Assembly (NCBI GenBank): GCA_963725865.1
Contig: CAVSAC010000011.1
Location: 1 to 64,000 of the forward strand
Source of the DNA: Candidatus Eiseniibacteriota bacterium
Lineage (GTDB): Bacteria; Eisenbacteria; RBG-16-71-46
Length of the DNA stretch: 64,000 bases
Direction: 5' to 3'
Part shown: piece by piece, positions 31,445 to 41,722 of the stretch
How the letters are laid out: each line of letters begins with the position of its first letter
Position numbering within the stretch: the first letter of the stretch is position 1
Translations under genes and position numbers: made by a program
The notes under the pieces: model-generated
What the model was told of the DNA's origin: nothing
Database searches by the model: none
What the model saw: only the letters and a program-made list of their open reading frames with translations

Positions 31445-32756
31445 TCAGTGCGCGCTGGCGTGCGGCTTGGGGCGCGCGTTCCAGAGCGTGAGCATGAGCA
31501 CGCCGCCCAGCGCCGCGAACCCGATCATGCTCGGACCCCACGAGCCCCAGCCGTAGCGGTCGAGCAGCCAGCCCATCCCGAAGCCCACGAACGAGCCGCC
31601 CACGTACTGCATGCCGTCGAACAGCCCGGCGGCGGTGGCGGCGGCGCGCTTGCCGCCGAAGTCCATCGAGGCGGTGCCCGACAGCATCGAGTGCACCATC
31701 GAGATCGCGAGCGAGTTCACGATGAACGCCGCGATCACCAGGGTGAGGTCGTGAGTGCGCCAGATCACCGCGAGCGACAGCACCATGAGCACGTAGCCGA
31801 TGAACGCGACCGGAGGGCGGCGGTAACCGAACAGCCGGTCCGAGGCGTAGCCCGCCACGAACGCGCCGGCGATGCCGGCGGCCACCACGGCGAGCGCGTT
31901 CTTCTGGAAGATCGGGTTGTCGAGCTCGAGGTGCTGGACCTCCTGCATGTAGCGCGGGAACCACTGCTCGAAACCCTGCCGCACCAGCCCGGTGCAGAAC
32001 TCGGCGACCGCGATGGTGAGCGCGACCGGGTTGGTGAACACCTTCTTGATCACGTAGGCCAGGGTGATGGCCTCGGTGTCGCCGCTCGCTGGCGTCCTGC
32101 GGGTCGAACTCGCCGAGCCCGGCCTCCTTCGGCGAGTCCTGCACCACCAGGAACGTGAAGATGCCCATCACCGCCACGATCCCGGCGGGGATGAAGAACC
32201 GCCACTGCCACGGCAGCCCGATCACGAACGGGGTGGCGAGCAGCAGGAACACCAGCGAAGCGCCCGCTCTGGATCATCGAGCCGAAGATCGCGGAGAACA
32301 CGCCGCGCTCGCTGACGTGGAACCAGCCGGAGTTCACCTTGATGAGCGCCAGCGCGCTGTAGGACTGGAAGTACATGTTGAGCGTCCACACCGTGGCGAA
32401 GTAGCTCAACAGCAGCGCCCCGGTGCCGAGCACGTGGAGGTAGGCGCCGAGGCCGAACATGAGGTTGAAGACGACGGCGCCGAACGCGCCGATGAGCATG
32501 GCGCGGCGGCCGCCGAAGCGGTCGGCGAGCGGGCCGTTGAAGAGCGCGGACACCCCGTAGATCAGAGAGTCGCGAACGAGATGATCGATCCGACCTCGGC
32601 CTTGTCCCAGCCGTAGGTGTCGGAGAGCGACTTGTTGGCGAGCGCGAAGTTGTACCGCGCCATGTACATCGCGGCGTAGGTGAGGCCGAGGACGAGCCAG
32701 TTCTGGGTGCGGCGCTTCTTGAACTCGGCGCTGTGCTGCGGAAGGGGCGGCGTCAT
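31445..32756 (-). CDS. MFS transporter, GlpT/OPA-like (indels)
   Basis: YAAMYMARYNF, GPLADRFGGR, WFHVSERG, SDRLFGYRR, MDFGGKRAAATAAGLFDG. Confidence 0.85.
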
Positions 32757-32813
32757 GCGCGGCGGGCTCCGGTCGGCGGTCCCTGCGTGGAGTCGAGGGG
32801 GGTGCGAGCCGTG

Positions 32814-32842
32814 TGTGTACCCGCTCGCCGCGTGGCGGTCAA
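32814..32842 (-). promoter_or_regulatory. Sigma70-like promoter of the MFS gene
   Basis: TTGACC-N17-TACACA on the minus strand. Confidence 0.45.
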
Positions 32843-32886
32843 GCGCGCCCGGCGGGGCGTGTTTCAGCCGTGTTACAGCGCGCCGC

Positions 32887-33653
32887 TCAGGCGCCGAGCC
32901 GCTTGCGCAGGCGCGCGCGCGGGCGCGGCTGACCGGCACCTCGGTGCGCGCCGCGTCGTCGAGCTGCAGGCGCCAGGTGCCGGCGAACGCCGGGCGCAGC
33001 GCGACCGCGTGCTCGAGGTTGACGATCGCGCCGCGGTGCACGCGCGCGAAGTGCCGCGGGTCGAGCCGGCGCTCGAGATGGTCGAGGGTGAGGTCGAGCC
33101 AGTGCCGGTCGCCCGGGGTCGCCGCGAACACCAGCTTGTCCTCGGCGCCGAACCACAGCACCTCCGCGGTCCGGAGGATGATCTGACGGTTGCCGACGCG
33201 CACCGTGAGCCGTTCGAGATGGGTGGGGGTGCCGCCGCCGAGCGTCGCGAGCATGGCCGCGAGCCGCGCGGTGAGGTCCTCGGGATGGGCGAGGTCGCGG
33301 CGCGCGCGCTCCAGCGCGGTGGCGAGCCGCTCGGCGCGGAACGGCTTGAGCAGGTAGTCGACCGCGTTCTCCTCGAACGCCTGCACCGCGTACTGGTCGT
33401 AGGCGGTGACGAACACCACCGCCGGGCGCGGGTCGAGCGAGCGCAGCAGCGCGAAGCCGTCCTCGCCCGGCATCTGCACGTCGAGCAGCACCAGGTCGGG
33501 ACGCGCGGCGGCGATCACCGCGCGCGCCTCGACCGCCGATCCGGCCTCGCCCACGACCGCGACCGCGGGCATGCCCTGCAGCAGCCGGCGCGCGCGCGCG
33601 CGCGCCAGCGGCTCGTCGTCCACCATCACGATGCGCAGCGGGGTGGCGTCCAT
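32887..33653 (-). CDS. LytTR-family response regulator (indel near the 3' end)
   Basis: VDDEPLAR, LLDVQMP, FVTAYDQYAV.AFE.NAVDYLLKP, F.RVHR..IVNL, VPVSR. Confidence 0.93.
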
Positions 33654-33663
33654 GGGGCGAGCA

Positions 33664-35899
33664 TTACCACGTCAGCGACATGCCGGCCACGAGCATGGCG
33701 CGCGAGAAGTACGACTCGCGGCGGTAGCGGCGCGAGTAGTCCGAGTTGTACACGTACTCGAGGACGTTGCGTATCCCGAGCACGTTGAGCCCCTCGATGT
33801 AGGCCGCGCACGGCGCGCTCGGCGGCAGGCCGAGCCCGCGCGGCAGCGTGAACAGCCGCGTGGCGCGCAGGTCGAGGCGCTGGTAGGCCGGCATGCGCGC
33901 CGAGCGGTTCTCGGCGAACACCGGCCGCCAGATGGCGCGCGCCGGGTCCCAGATGCGGTCCACCACCGGGGTCCACGGGGGTCCCGACGACCAGCCGTAG
34001 CGCGCGCCCAGGATCCACACCCCGCTCCACTGGTAGTTGCCGACCAGGGTGAGCGAGTGCTTGACGCCGTAGGCCGCCGGCAGCTGGCGGGGATCGTCGC
34101 CCTCCTGGCGCTTGGTGTCGAGGTAGCCGTACGAGATCCAGCCGCTGGTCCAGCGGTGAGAGCCCTTCACGAACACGTCCACGCCGCGCGCGAAGCCGCT
34201 GCCGCGGTTGGCGTAGAAGCTGAGCGAGTCGTCGGTCACCAGGTCGCGGTAGTCCTTGCGGAACGCCTCGAGGCGGAGGTTCGCGTTCTGCGACAGCCAC
34301 TCCCAGCCGGCGATGACGTGGTCGGCGCGCAGTGGCCCCAGGCGCGGGTTGCCGTAGACGCGGTCGAGCCGGCGCACGTCGGCGGCCTGGTGGTAGCGCC
34401 CGGTCGCCAGCCGCACGGTCTGGCGGTCGTCCACCCGCCACGCCAGCGCCACGCGCGGGTCGAAGGTCCACTGGCCGGTGTTCGACACCCGGTCGGCGCG
34501 CCCGCCGAGCGTGGCGTAGACCGGGCCGACCACGCGCAGCTTGTCCTCGAGGTACATCCCCGGCGTGTCGAGCACCGGCCGGTAGTCGTAGCCGCGCAGC
34601 GGCGCGCCCGCGGCCAGGTCGACGCTGTCGGCGGGCAGGCTGCCGACGATGTGCGCCGCGCGCCGCGGCAGGTTGGCGCCGAAGCTGATGGCGTGGCGCG
34701 GGTCGGGCGTCCACACGCCCTCGAGGTTGCCCTGGAGGTTGGTCTCGTCGCGCGCGGTGCCGAAGCCCGAGAAGGTCCAGTCGTCACGGTAGCGCTGGAG
34801 CGCCCCGCGCAGGTGGAGCGCCACGCGCTCGCCGGGCGCGTCGCTCACGTCGAGCGCGAGCAGCTGGTTGCGGGCGTGCTCCAGGTAGAGCGACTTCACG
34901 TTGAGCGCGTTCGCGGTCACCGCCGTGCGGTCGCCGTTCTGCAGCCCGGTCAGGGTCGCGCGGCCGGTGGAGGAGTAGCGCCACACCAGCTTGGCGGCGG
35001 CGTCGTGGCTGAGCGGCGCGCTCTGGTAGTCACGGCTCGAGCCGTAGACGCGCATGAGCACGTCGGTGTCGCTGAAGCGCACCGAGGCGATCCCGCTCAG
35101 CCGGCCGGGCACCAGCGTCCAGGTCGTGGACAGGTTGGCGCCCACCATGTTGATCCCGGCGTTGACGCTCTTCTGGTCGCCGGGGTCCTGGGTGTCGATG
35201 TCGAGCACCCCCGAGAGCACGCCGCCGTAGCGCGCGCCGAAGCCGCCGCTCGAGAAGAACGCCCCCTTCACCAGGTAGGCGTCGAGCGCGCTGAACAGTC
35301 CGCCCGAGGCGCCCTCGTAGTGGTAGGGGTGGCCGACCTCGTTGCCATCGAGGCGGATGAGCGGTCTCGCTCGGGTCCCCGCCGCGCACGTACACGGCGG
35401 CGCCTTCGTTGGGTGCGTTGATGCCGGGCAGCGCCCGCAGCGACTGCATGAGGTCGGCGGCCCCGCCGGGCGTGGTGACCACGTCCATGCGGCGCAGCGT
35501 GGCGCCCTCGCTCTTGCCCGCCTTGCCGAACGCCGAGGTCGTCACCTGCACCTCGGCGAGCTCGAGCGGCTCGTCGGCCAGCACCACCCGCAGCGGCGCC
35601 AGGCCCTCGACCACGCGCACCTCGAGGCGCGCGCGCTCGTAGCCCATCTGCGTGACCTCGAGCCGGGCGCGGCCGGGCGGCAGCTCGAGCGCGAAGCGGC
35701 CCTGCTCGTCAGCGGCGGCCCCGACACGCAGCGCCGGGCAGGCCACCGTGGCGTACTCCACCGGCTGGCCGCCCCGATCCACCACCACGCCGCTGACGCG
35801 CACCGTCGCCGCGGCGCGCGCGGGCGCGGCCCCCACCAGCACCAGGGCGAGGACCAGCGCCGCGCGGGCGGCGGCTGCGAGGCCGGGACGCACGATCAC
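33664..35899 (-). CDS. TonB-dependent receptor with N-terminal CarboxypepD_reg-like domain (indel near 35350)
   Basis: G.VVD..G.PVEYATV, DVVTTPGGAADL, YVRGG, FSSGGFGARYG..LSGVL, MP.Y.RLD, C-terminal W. Confidence 0.9.
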
Positions 35900-36675
35900 C
35901 TGGCCGCCGCCTCCTTCAGCGCCTGCTCGGCCTGGGGCAGCAGCGCATGCGACACCCAGCCGTTGGCGGGATTGACCGCGAGCGCCTTGCGGTAGAACTC
36001 GATCGCGCGGGCGTCTCCCTGGCGCGACATCTCGGCGCGGCCGGCCCACACGAAGGCGTCGTCGCGCCCCCAGCCGTACGGTCCCGCGCTGTCGGCGGGC
36101 GCGGCGGCGAATAGCTCCTGGGCGCGCTGGAAGCGCTCGAGGGCGCTCTCGACGCCGCCGCCGAAGGCGGCCGGCTTGTTGAGCGTGCCGATGCCGTCGA
36201 GCAGCCACACCCTCGGGTCGCTGCCGGCGAGCTCGCGCGCCCGCTGGAAGTTGGCCTCGGAGTCCGGGCCGAGGGTCATCATGGTGCCGGGGTCGAGGCC
36301 GATGCTGAGCCCCTGCAGCGCCGCCTTGAGCGCGTACGCGCCACCCTGCTTCGGATCGAGCTTGAGCGCCTCATCGATGCGCTGGAGTCCGTCCTTGGCG
36401 AGCCGCCGAGCCTGGACCTGGTCCTGGCCCCACACCAGCGGCAGCGCGCGCCAGTCGGCGAGCGCGACCCAGTAGCGCGGCGCCGCGGCCTTCGGGTCGG
36501 CGGCGGCGGCGGCCTCGAAACGGGCGCGCGCGGCGAGGATCGCCGCGCTCTCCCCGCGGTCGACCGCCGCCTGCAGCGCGGTGCGCTCGGCGGCGAGGGT
36601 TCCGGCCGCGCGCGCGGGGGTGGATGCCGCGGTGGCCGCGGCGAGGATCAGCAGCGATGACAGGATCCGTCTCAT
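35896..36675 (-). CDS. Exported TPR-repeat protein
   Basis: Signal peptide MRRILSSLLILAAA..ARA; helical TPR-like repeats, DPRVWLL.G, P..FGGG, WG..DA, YRKAL..NP. Confidence 0.8.
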   Translation of the reverse strand: MRRILSSLLILAAATAASTPARAAGTLAAERTALQAAVDRGESAAILAARARFEAAAAADPKAAAPRYWVALADWRALPLVWGQDQVQARRLAKDGLQRIDEALKLDPKQGGAYALKAALQGLSIGLDPGTMMTLGPDSEANFQRARELAGSDPRVWLLDGIGTLNKPAAFGGGVESALERFQRAQELFAAAPADSAGPYGWGRDDAFVWAGRAEMSRQGDARAIEFYRKALAVNPANGWVSHALLPQAEQALKEAAAR

Positions 36676-37791
36676 GGTGTGCCTCCGGTTGAGGTGGGAG
36701 CCGCGACCGTGGCCAGCGGCAGGACGACGCGCACGCGGGCGCCGTGTCCGGGTGTGGAATCGATCTCGAGGGCGTGCGGCGCTCCGGCGAGGCGCAGGCG
36801 CTCGCGCACCGAGCGCAGCCCGAATCCGGCGCCGTCGGGGCCGGGGCGGGATGCGAAGCCCGGGCCGTCGTCGATGATGTCGATCTCGAGCGTCTCGCCG
36901 ACGCGACGCGCGGCAAGCGTGACGGTGCCGCCCTCGACACGCGTCGCGACGCCGTGACGCACCGCGTTCTCCACCAGCGGCTGGAGCAGCAGGCTCGGCA
37001 CCGGCACGTCGTCGAGGCCGGCTTCGACCTCCTCGCGCAGGCGCAGGCGGTCCCCGAAGCGCGTGCGCTCGATGGCGAGGTAGTCGCGCAGGAAGGCGAG
37101 CTCGTCGCCGAGGCGCTGGTGGTCGCGGTCCGAGGCCGCGAGGGCATAGCGGAAGAGGTCGGCCAGCCGCGTGGTGGTGTCTTCGGCCTCGCCCGGGCGA
37201 TGTGGCGATCAGCGCCGCGATGGTGTTGAGGGTGTTGAACAGGAAGTGAGGGTTGATCTGGGCGCGCAACGCGCGCAGCTCGGCGCGCGCCAGCTCGGCG
37301 CTCTGTCGCTCGATGGCGCGGGACTGCTGGGCCGCCACGCGGTAGAACGCGATCGCGAAGTTGATGCCGCCGAACAGCGCCACGAAGAGCAGGGTGAACA
37401 TCGTGGCCACGAGCACCGAGCGCGGGGTGCCCATGAAGCCCGGCATGACGAACAGATGGATGAGGTACGCGGCGAGGTAGGACGCCAGGATCGCGGCGGC
37501 GATGTAGGCCCCCCCCACGCGCAGTCCGAGGTCGCGGCCACGGGGCCAGGTGCGCAGCAGCCGCGGCTCGACGAATTGCCCCACCGCCCACAGCGTGATG
37601 CCGATCGAGAGCGAGAACACCAGCGACGCCTTGTAGGCGAGCAGGTACGACTGCCAGCGGCTGCCGAACATGGTGCCGAAGAAGAGCGCGAACGGGACCG
37701 CCCACAACGGCTGGAGCAGCAGCGTGCGCAGCAGGCTCCGCAGCAGGGTGCGCCGGGGACGGTGCCCGGGTCGTTCGTGGGTCGTGTCCAT
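36672..37791 (-). CDS. LytS/YehU-family sensor histidine kinase (indel near 37195)
   Basis: 4-TM N-terminus; AELRALRAQINPHFLFNTLN, YL.IE..RFGDRL, LQPLVENAVRHG, DDGPG, GFGL. Confidence 0.92.
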
Positions 37792-37837
37792 CGCCTGCAT
37801 CCTCCGCGCGCCGCGGTCGGGGTGGAATGCCGCGGCC

Positions 37838-37868
37838 GACCAGTGGTCGATCGGGGCGGACGAGCGGT
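37838..37868 (-). promoter_or_regulatory. Candidate LytTR binding site (direct repeat)
   Basis: ACCGCTCGTC-N11-ACCACTGGTC on the minus strand, 21-bp period, ending 47 nt before the kinase ATG. Confidence 0.65.
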
Positions 37869-37892
37869 CTGCCGGCCGGCCCGGCGGCCGGG

Positions 37893-39116
37893 TCAGCGGC
37901 GCTCGACCCGCGCCGCCGGCTCGGGGTCGTGCACCCGCAGGGCCAGCACCGTCACGTCGTCACCGGCCTCGCGCCCGGCGAGCCAGGCGCGCAGCTCGGC
38001 GAGCAGTCGCGCGCACACCTCCTCGGCGCTGAGCGCGCCGTCGAGCGCGGCGGCACGCTGGGCGACGCGGTCGTCGCCGAACATGGCGCCGTCGGGCCGC
38101 TGCGCCTCGCTCAGCCCGTCGGTGTAGGCGAGGATGCGGTCGCCGGAGGCGAGCGCGAGCGTCTCCTCCTCGTAGCGTACGAAGTCGAGCATGCCGACCA
38201 CCGTGCCACCGCGCTCGAGCGCGCGCGGCGCCGCTCCCGGCCGCAGCAGCAGCGGCGGGTTGTGGCCGGCGTTGGTGTAGGTGAGGGTGAGCGCGCGCTC
38301 GTCCACCCGCGCGAGGAAGAAGGTGGCGAACTGCTGCCGCGAGGTGCTCTCGCACACCAGGCGATTGAGGTTGGCCATGATGGCCGCGGTGGAGGACACC
38401 ACGCCGGCCTGTGTGCGCAGCGCGGCCTGGAGCATCGACGACAGCAGCGCCGCCGGCACGCCCTTGCCGGAGACGTCGGCGATCGCGACCAGGAAGGCGT
38501 CCTCGCCGGCGGCCACCACGTCGTAGAAATCGCCGCTCACCTCGCGCGACGACAGGTTCACCGCGTGGACCTCGAGCCGCGGCCGGCGCGGGAACGCGGT
38601 CATCAGGAAGCCGCGCTGGATGCGGCGCGCGAGGTTCATCTCCTCCTCGGCGCGCACCCGGCCGAGGGCGGCATGGTAGAAGTGCCACGCGTAGATCATG
38701 CCGGTCACCAGCGCGGTGAACAGCAGCGTGAAGGCGGACATCACCAGCAGGCTCCTCAGGTCACCGAGGAACCCGGGGATGAGCGTGAGCCGCACCACCA
38801 GCGCGGCGACGTAGGCGCCCATGACGCTCGCGCCGACGTGGAGCAGCGCGTGCTGGGGCAGCCCGCCCTTGAGCAGCCGTCCGCCGCCCGCCAGCACCCG
38901 CGGCGCGATGAAGTTCGCGGTGACCCAGATGGCGAGCGCGATGCAGTAGGAGAACACCAGCGCCACCAGGTAGTAGCCCCACATCGAGCGCCAGCCGTCG
39001 CCCTCGATGAGCGCGAAGAAGAGCGCGAAGGGCACGGCGAACAGGGGCTGGCGCCACAGCAGCCCGAGCAGGTCGCGGCCCGCGGAGCGCGGTCGGCCGG
39101 TGTTGGTATCGATCAT
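37893..39116 (-). CDS. Membrane-bound SpoIIE/RsbU-type PP2C phosphatase
   Basis: 4-TM N-terminus; ARRIQ, VSGDFYD, IADVSGKGVPAAL, NAGHNPP, YTDGLSEA, DDVT. Confidence 0.92.
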   Translation of the reverse strand: MIDTNTGRPRSAGRDLLGLLWRQPLFAVPFALFFALIEGDGWRSMWGYYLVALVFSYCIALAIWVTANFIAPRVLAGGGRLLKGGLPQHALLHVGASVMGAYVAALVVRLTLIPGFLGDLRSLLVMSAFTLLFTALVTGMIYAWHFYHAALGRVRAEEEMNLARRIQRGFLMTAFPRRPRLEVHAVNLSSREVSGDFYDVVAAGEDAFLVAIADVSGKGVPAALLSSMLQAALRTQAGVVSSTAAIMANLNRLVCESTSRQQFATFFLARVDERALTLTYTNAGHNPPLLLRPGAAPRALERGGTVVGMLDFVRYEEETLALASGDRILAYTDGLSEAQRPDGAMFGDDRVAQRAAALDGALSAEEVCARLLAELRAWLAGREAGDDVTVLALRVHDPEPAARVERR

Positions 39117-39161
39117 GGCCCCAGCATAGGGACGCGGGACGGCGCGCGGCCACCCGGGCCC

Positions 39162-39192
39162 GACGGATGGTCGCGGCGGGGCGACGGACGGT
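39162..39192 (-). promoter_or_regulatory. Candidate LytTR binding site (direct repeat)
   Basis: ACCGTCCGTC-N11-ACCATCCGTC on the minus strand, 21-bp period, ending 46 nt before the phosphatase ATG; -10-like TATGCT at 39123-39128. Confidence 0.7.
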
Positions 39193-39500
39193 CGCGGCGG
39201 ATGCCCGATGGATGCCGACGGGGGGCGCGGACCGTGCATCCCGCATGCCGCGACACCGCCCGAGCCCGGGTCGGGCCGCCGCGCGGGTCGCGGGCTCCAG
39301 AATGCGCCGTGCCGGCCGATGCTAAGGGTACCCTCGGTGCCGGGTCTCGGCCGTGCCCGCGCCTCGCGCGCGTGCTCGCCCACCCTTCCGGCCAGCGGAC
39401 CTCCGGCGAAAGCGACTCGATGACACCACGCGCAGCCGCGCGCCGGCTCGCCGGGGCCACCGCATGCCCCGCCGGGACGGGTGCGCATGGAGGCCCATCC

Positions 39501-40285
39501 ATGAGGTCCGCCCGCCCGCTCGCCGCCGCGATGTTGCTCGTCACGGCCGCACTCGTCCCCACCGCGCACGCCGCTTCCGCGACCGCCACGGTGCTGGCCG
39601 CGCCGGTCGCCGTCGAGGCCGCCGTGCTCGCCCGCCTCGCCACCCAGCTCGTGACGCTGGTGAGCGGCGCGCCGCCGGCCCAGGCACCGCTGCCGCCGGC
39701 ATGGCGCGGCGGGCTGCCGACGCGCGCGTTCGATGCCAGCCCCGCGCTGGCGGCGACGCCGCGGATGGTGCACGTGGGCGACTCGCGCGCCGAGCTCGCG
39801 TGGGAGCTGCCGGCGGGGCCCGCCGCGGCCACGGTCTACCGCCGCGACGCGCGCGGCGCCTGGGAGCGCCTCGGCACGGTGCGTCCCGACGCGGCGCGCC
39901 GGGTGACCTGGATCGACGAGTCGGTGGTCGCGGGCGAGCGCTACGCCTACTGCCTCGGGGTCGGTGCGGGGGCAGCGAGGCCTTCGGCGGCGAGGCGCGG
40001 GTCGAGATCCCGGGCCGCTTCGCGCTGTCGGTGCGTGGGCTGCGCATTGACGCCGCGAGCGGGGCGACGGTGGTGGCGTTCTCGCTGCCCGAGGACCTCC
40101 ACGCGCGGGTGGCCGTGCTCGAGGCCGGCGGCCGGACGCTGTGGTCGCGCGACTACCTCCCGGCGGCGCCCGGGGAACAGTCCATGCGCGTCGAGGGCGG
40201 CGCCCCGCTCGCGCCCGGCACCTACCGGGTGGTGGTCGAGCAGGGGCCACGCATGGCGATGGCGCGGGTCGCGCTCGCGCCCTGA
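39501..40285 (+). CDS. Secreted protein: Fn3-like plus degenerate CTD-like domain (indel near 39970)
   Basis: Signal peptide; L.W.....ATVYRR....W..LG....D......D..V..G..Y.Y.L; LAPGTY. Confidence 0.65.
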
Positions 40286-40306
40286 GGCGCGCCCGCGCGC
40301 CGACGC

Positions 40307-40341
40307 ACGAATCCCGGGTGGCGTCGCCACCCGGGATTCGT
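40307..40341. terminator. Bidirectional hairpin terminator
   Basis: ACGAATCCCGGGTGGCG-t-CGCCACCCGGGATTCGT between convergent genes. Confidence 0.7.
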
Positions 40342-40364
40342 CGTGGGAGGGGTCCGGCGCCGGA

Positions 40365-41552
40365 TCAGCGGTAGGCGGCCAGCCCGGTGATGTGCTCGCC
40401 GAGCACCAGCGTGTGGATGTTGTGCGTGCCCTCGTAGGTCTTCACCGACTCGAGGTTGCACATGTGGCGCATGACCGGGTACTCGGAGGTGATGCCGTTG
40501 GCGCCGAGGATGTCGCGGGCGCGCCGGGCGATGTCGAGCGCGATCTCGCAGTTGTTGCGCTTGGCCATCGACACGTGCTCGGGCGGTGCAGGTGCCGCGC
40601 TCCTTCATGCGGCCGCACTGCAGCGCGAGCAGCTGCCCCTTCGCGATCTCGGTCAGCATGATCGGCGAGCTTGCTCCTGCACCAGCTGGAAGCGAGCCGA
40701 TCGGCTTGCCGAACATGATGCGGCTCTTGCTGTAGTCCACGCGCGGCGTCGAAGCACGCCATCGCGGCGCCGATGACGCCGAAGGCGATGCCGTAGCGCG
40801 CCTGGGTGAGGCAGGAGAGCGCCGCCTTGAGGCCCCTGGCCTCGGGCAGCACGTGCGAGTCGGGCACGAACACGTCCTGCAGGATGAGCTCGCTGGTCAC
40901 CGAGGCGCGCAGCGAGTGCTTGTGCTTCTGTTCCGGCGCCGAGTAGCCCTTGAAGCCCTTCTCGACCAGGAAGCCCATGACATGGTCCTTGCCGCTGGCC
41001 GCGTCGCGGTGCTTGGCCCAGACGATCGCCAGGTCGGCCGGTGCCGTTGGTGATCCACATCTTGGCGCCGTTCAGCACCCAGCCGCCGTCGACGCGCTGG
41101 GCGCGCGTGATCATGCCGCCGGGGTCGGAGCCGAAGTCGGGCTCGGTGAGCCCGAAGCAGCCGATCACCTCGCCCTTGGCCATGGGCGGCAGCCAGCTCT
41201 TCCGCTGCTCCTCGCTGCCGTACTCGAAGATCGGGTACATGCACAGCGCGCCCTGCACCGAGACGAAGGAGCGCAGGCCCGAGTCGCCGCGCTCCAGCTC
41301 CTGCATGATGAGCCCGTAGGCCGTGGCACCGATGCCGGCGCAGCCGTACTTCTCGGGCAGGGTCGCGCCGAACAGGCCCAGCTCGGCCAGCTCGGGGATG
41401 ACGTCCTTGGGGAAGTAGCCTTCCTCGTAGGCCTTCTCGATGATCGGCAGGTAGCGCTCGTTGACCCATTCGCGCACCTGGTCGCGGATGGCGATCTCGT
41501 CCTCGGAGAGCAGTGCGTCGATCTGGTAGAAATCCTCGCCGTGGCGGGACAT
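40365..41552 (-). CDS. gcdH: Acyl-CoA dehydrogenase, glutaryl-CoA dehydrogenase-like (indels)
   Basis: [64 protein letters not shown]. Confidence 0.8.
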
Positions 41553-41601
41553 GATGGGCTCCTTGGACGATGCGATGGTGCGCGGGGATCCGAACCGCCG
41601 G

Positions 41602-41680
41602 AGTATAGGCATCGCTCCGCGGGGGCTCAACCGCGCGCCGCGGGCCGGGTGTTGTCCTCACTCGGCGACGCGGCTACCCT
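41602..41680. promoter_or_regulatory. Divergent sigma70-like promoter pair (acyl-CoA dehydrogenase / ggt)
   Basis: Minus strand: TTGAGC-N17-TATACT (41630-41602); plus strand: TTGTCC-N17-TACCCT (41652-41680). Confidence 0.55.
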
Positions 41681-41722
41681 CGCGCGCACGCCGCGTGTCC
41701 ACGTCCTCCCGGAGGTCCCCGC

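Noticed and set aside
39161..39200. Mini-CRISPR or tandem repeat
   Set aside because: Only two ~19-bp units with no unique spacers and no cas genes; better explained as a transcription-factor direct repeat.
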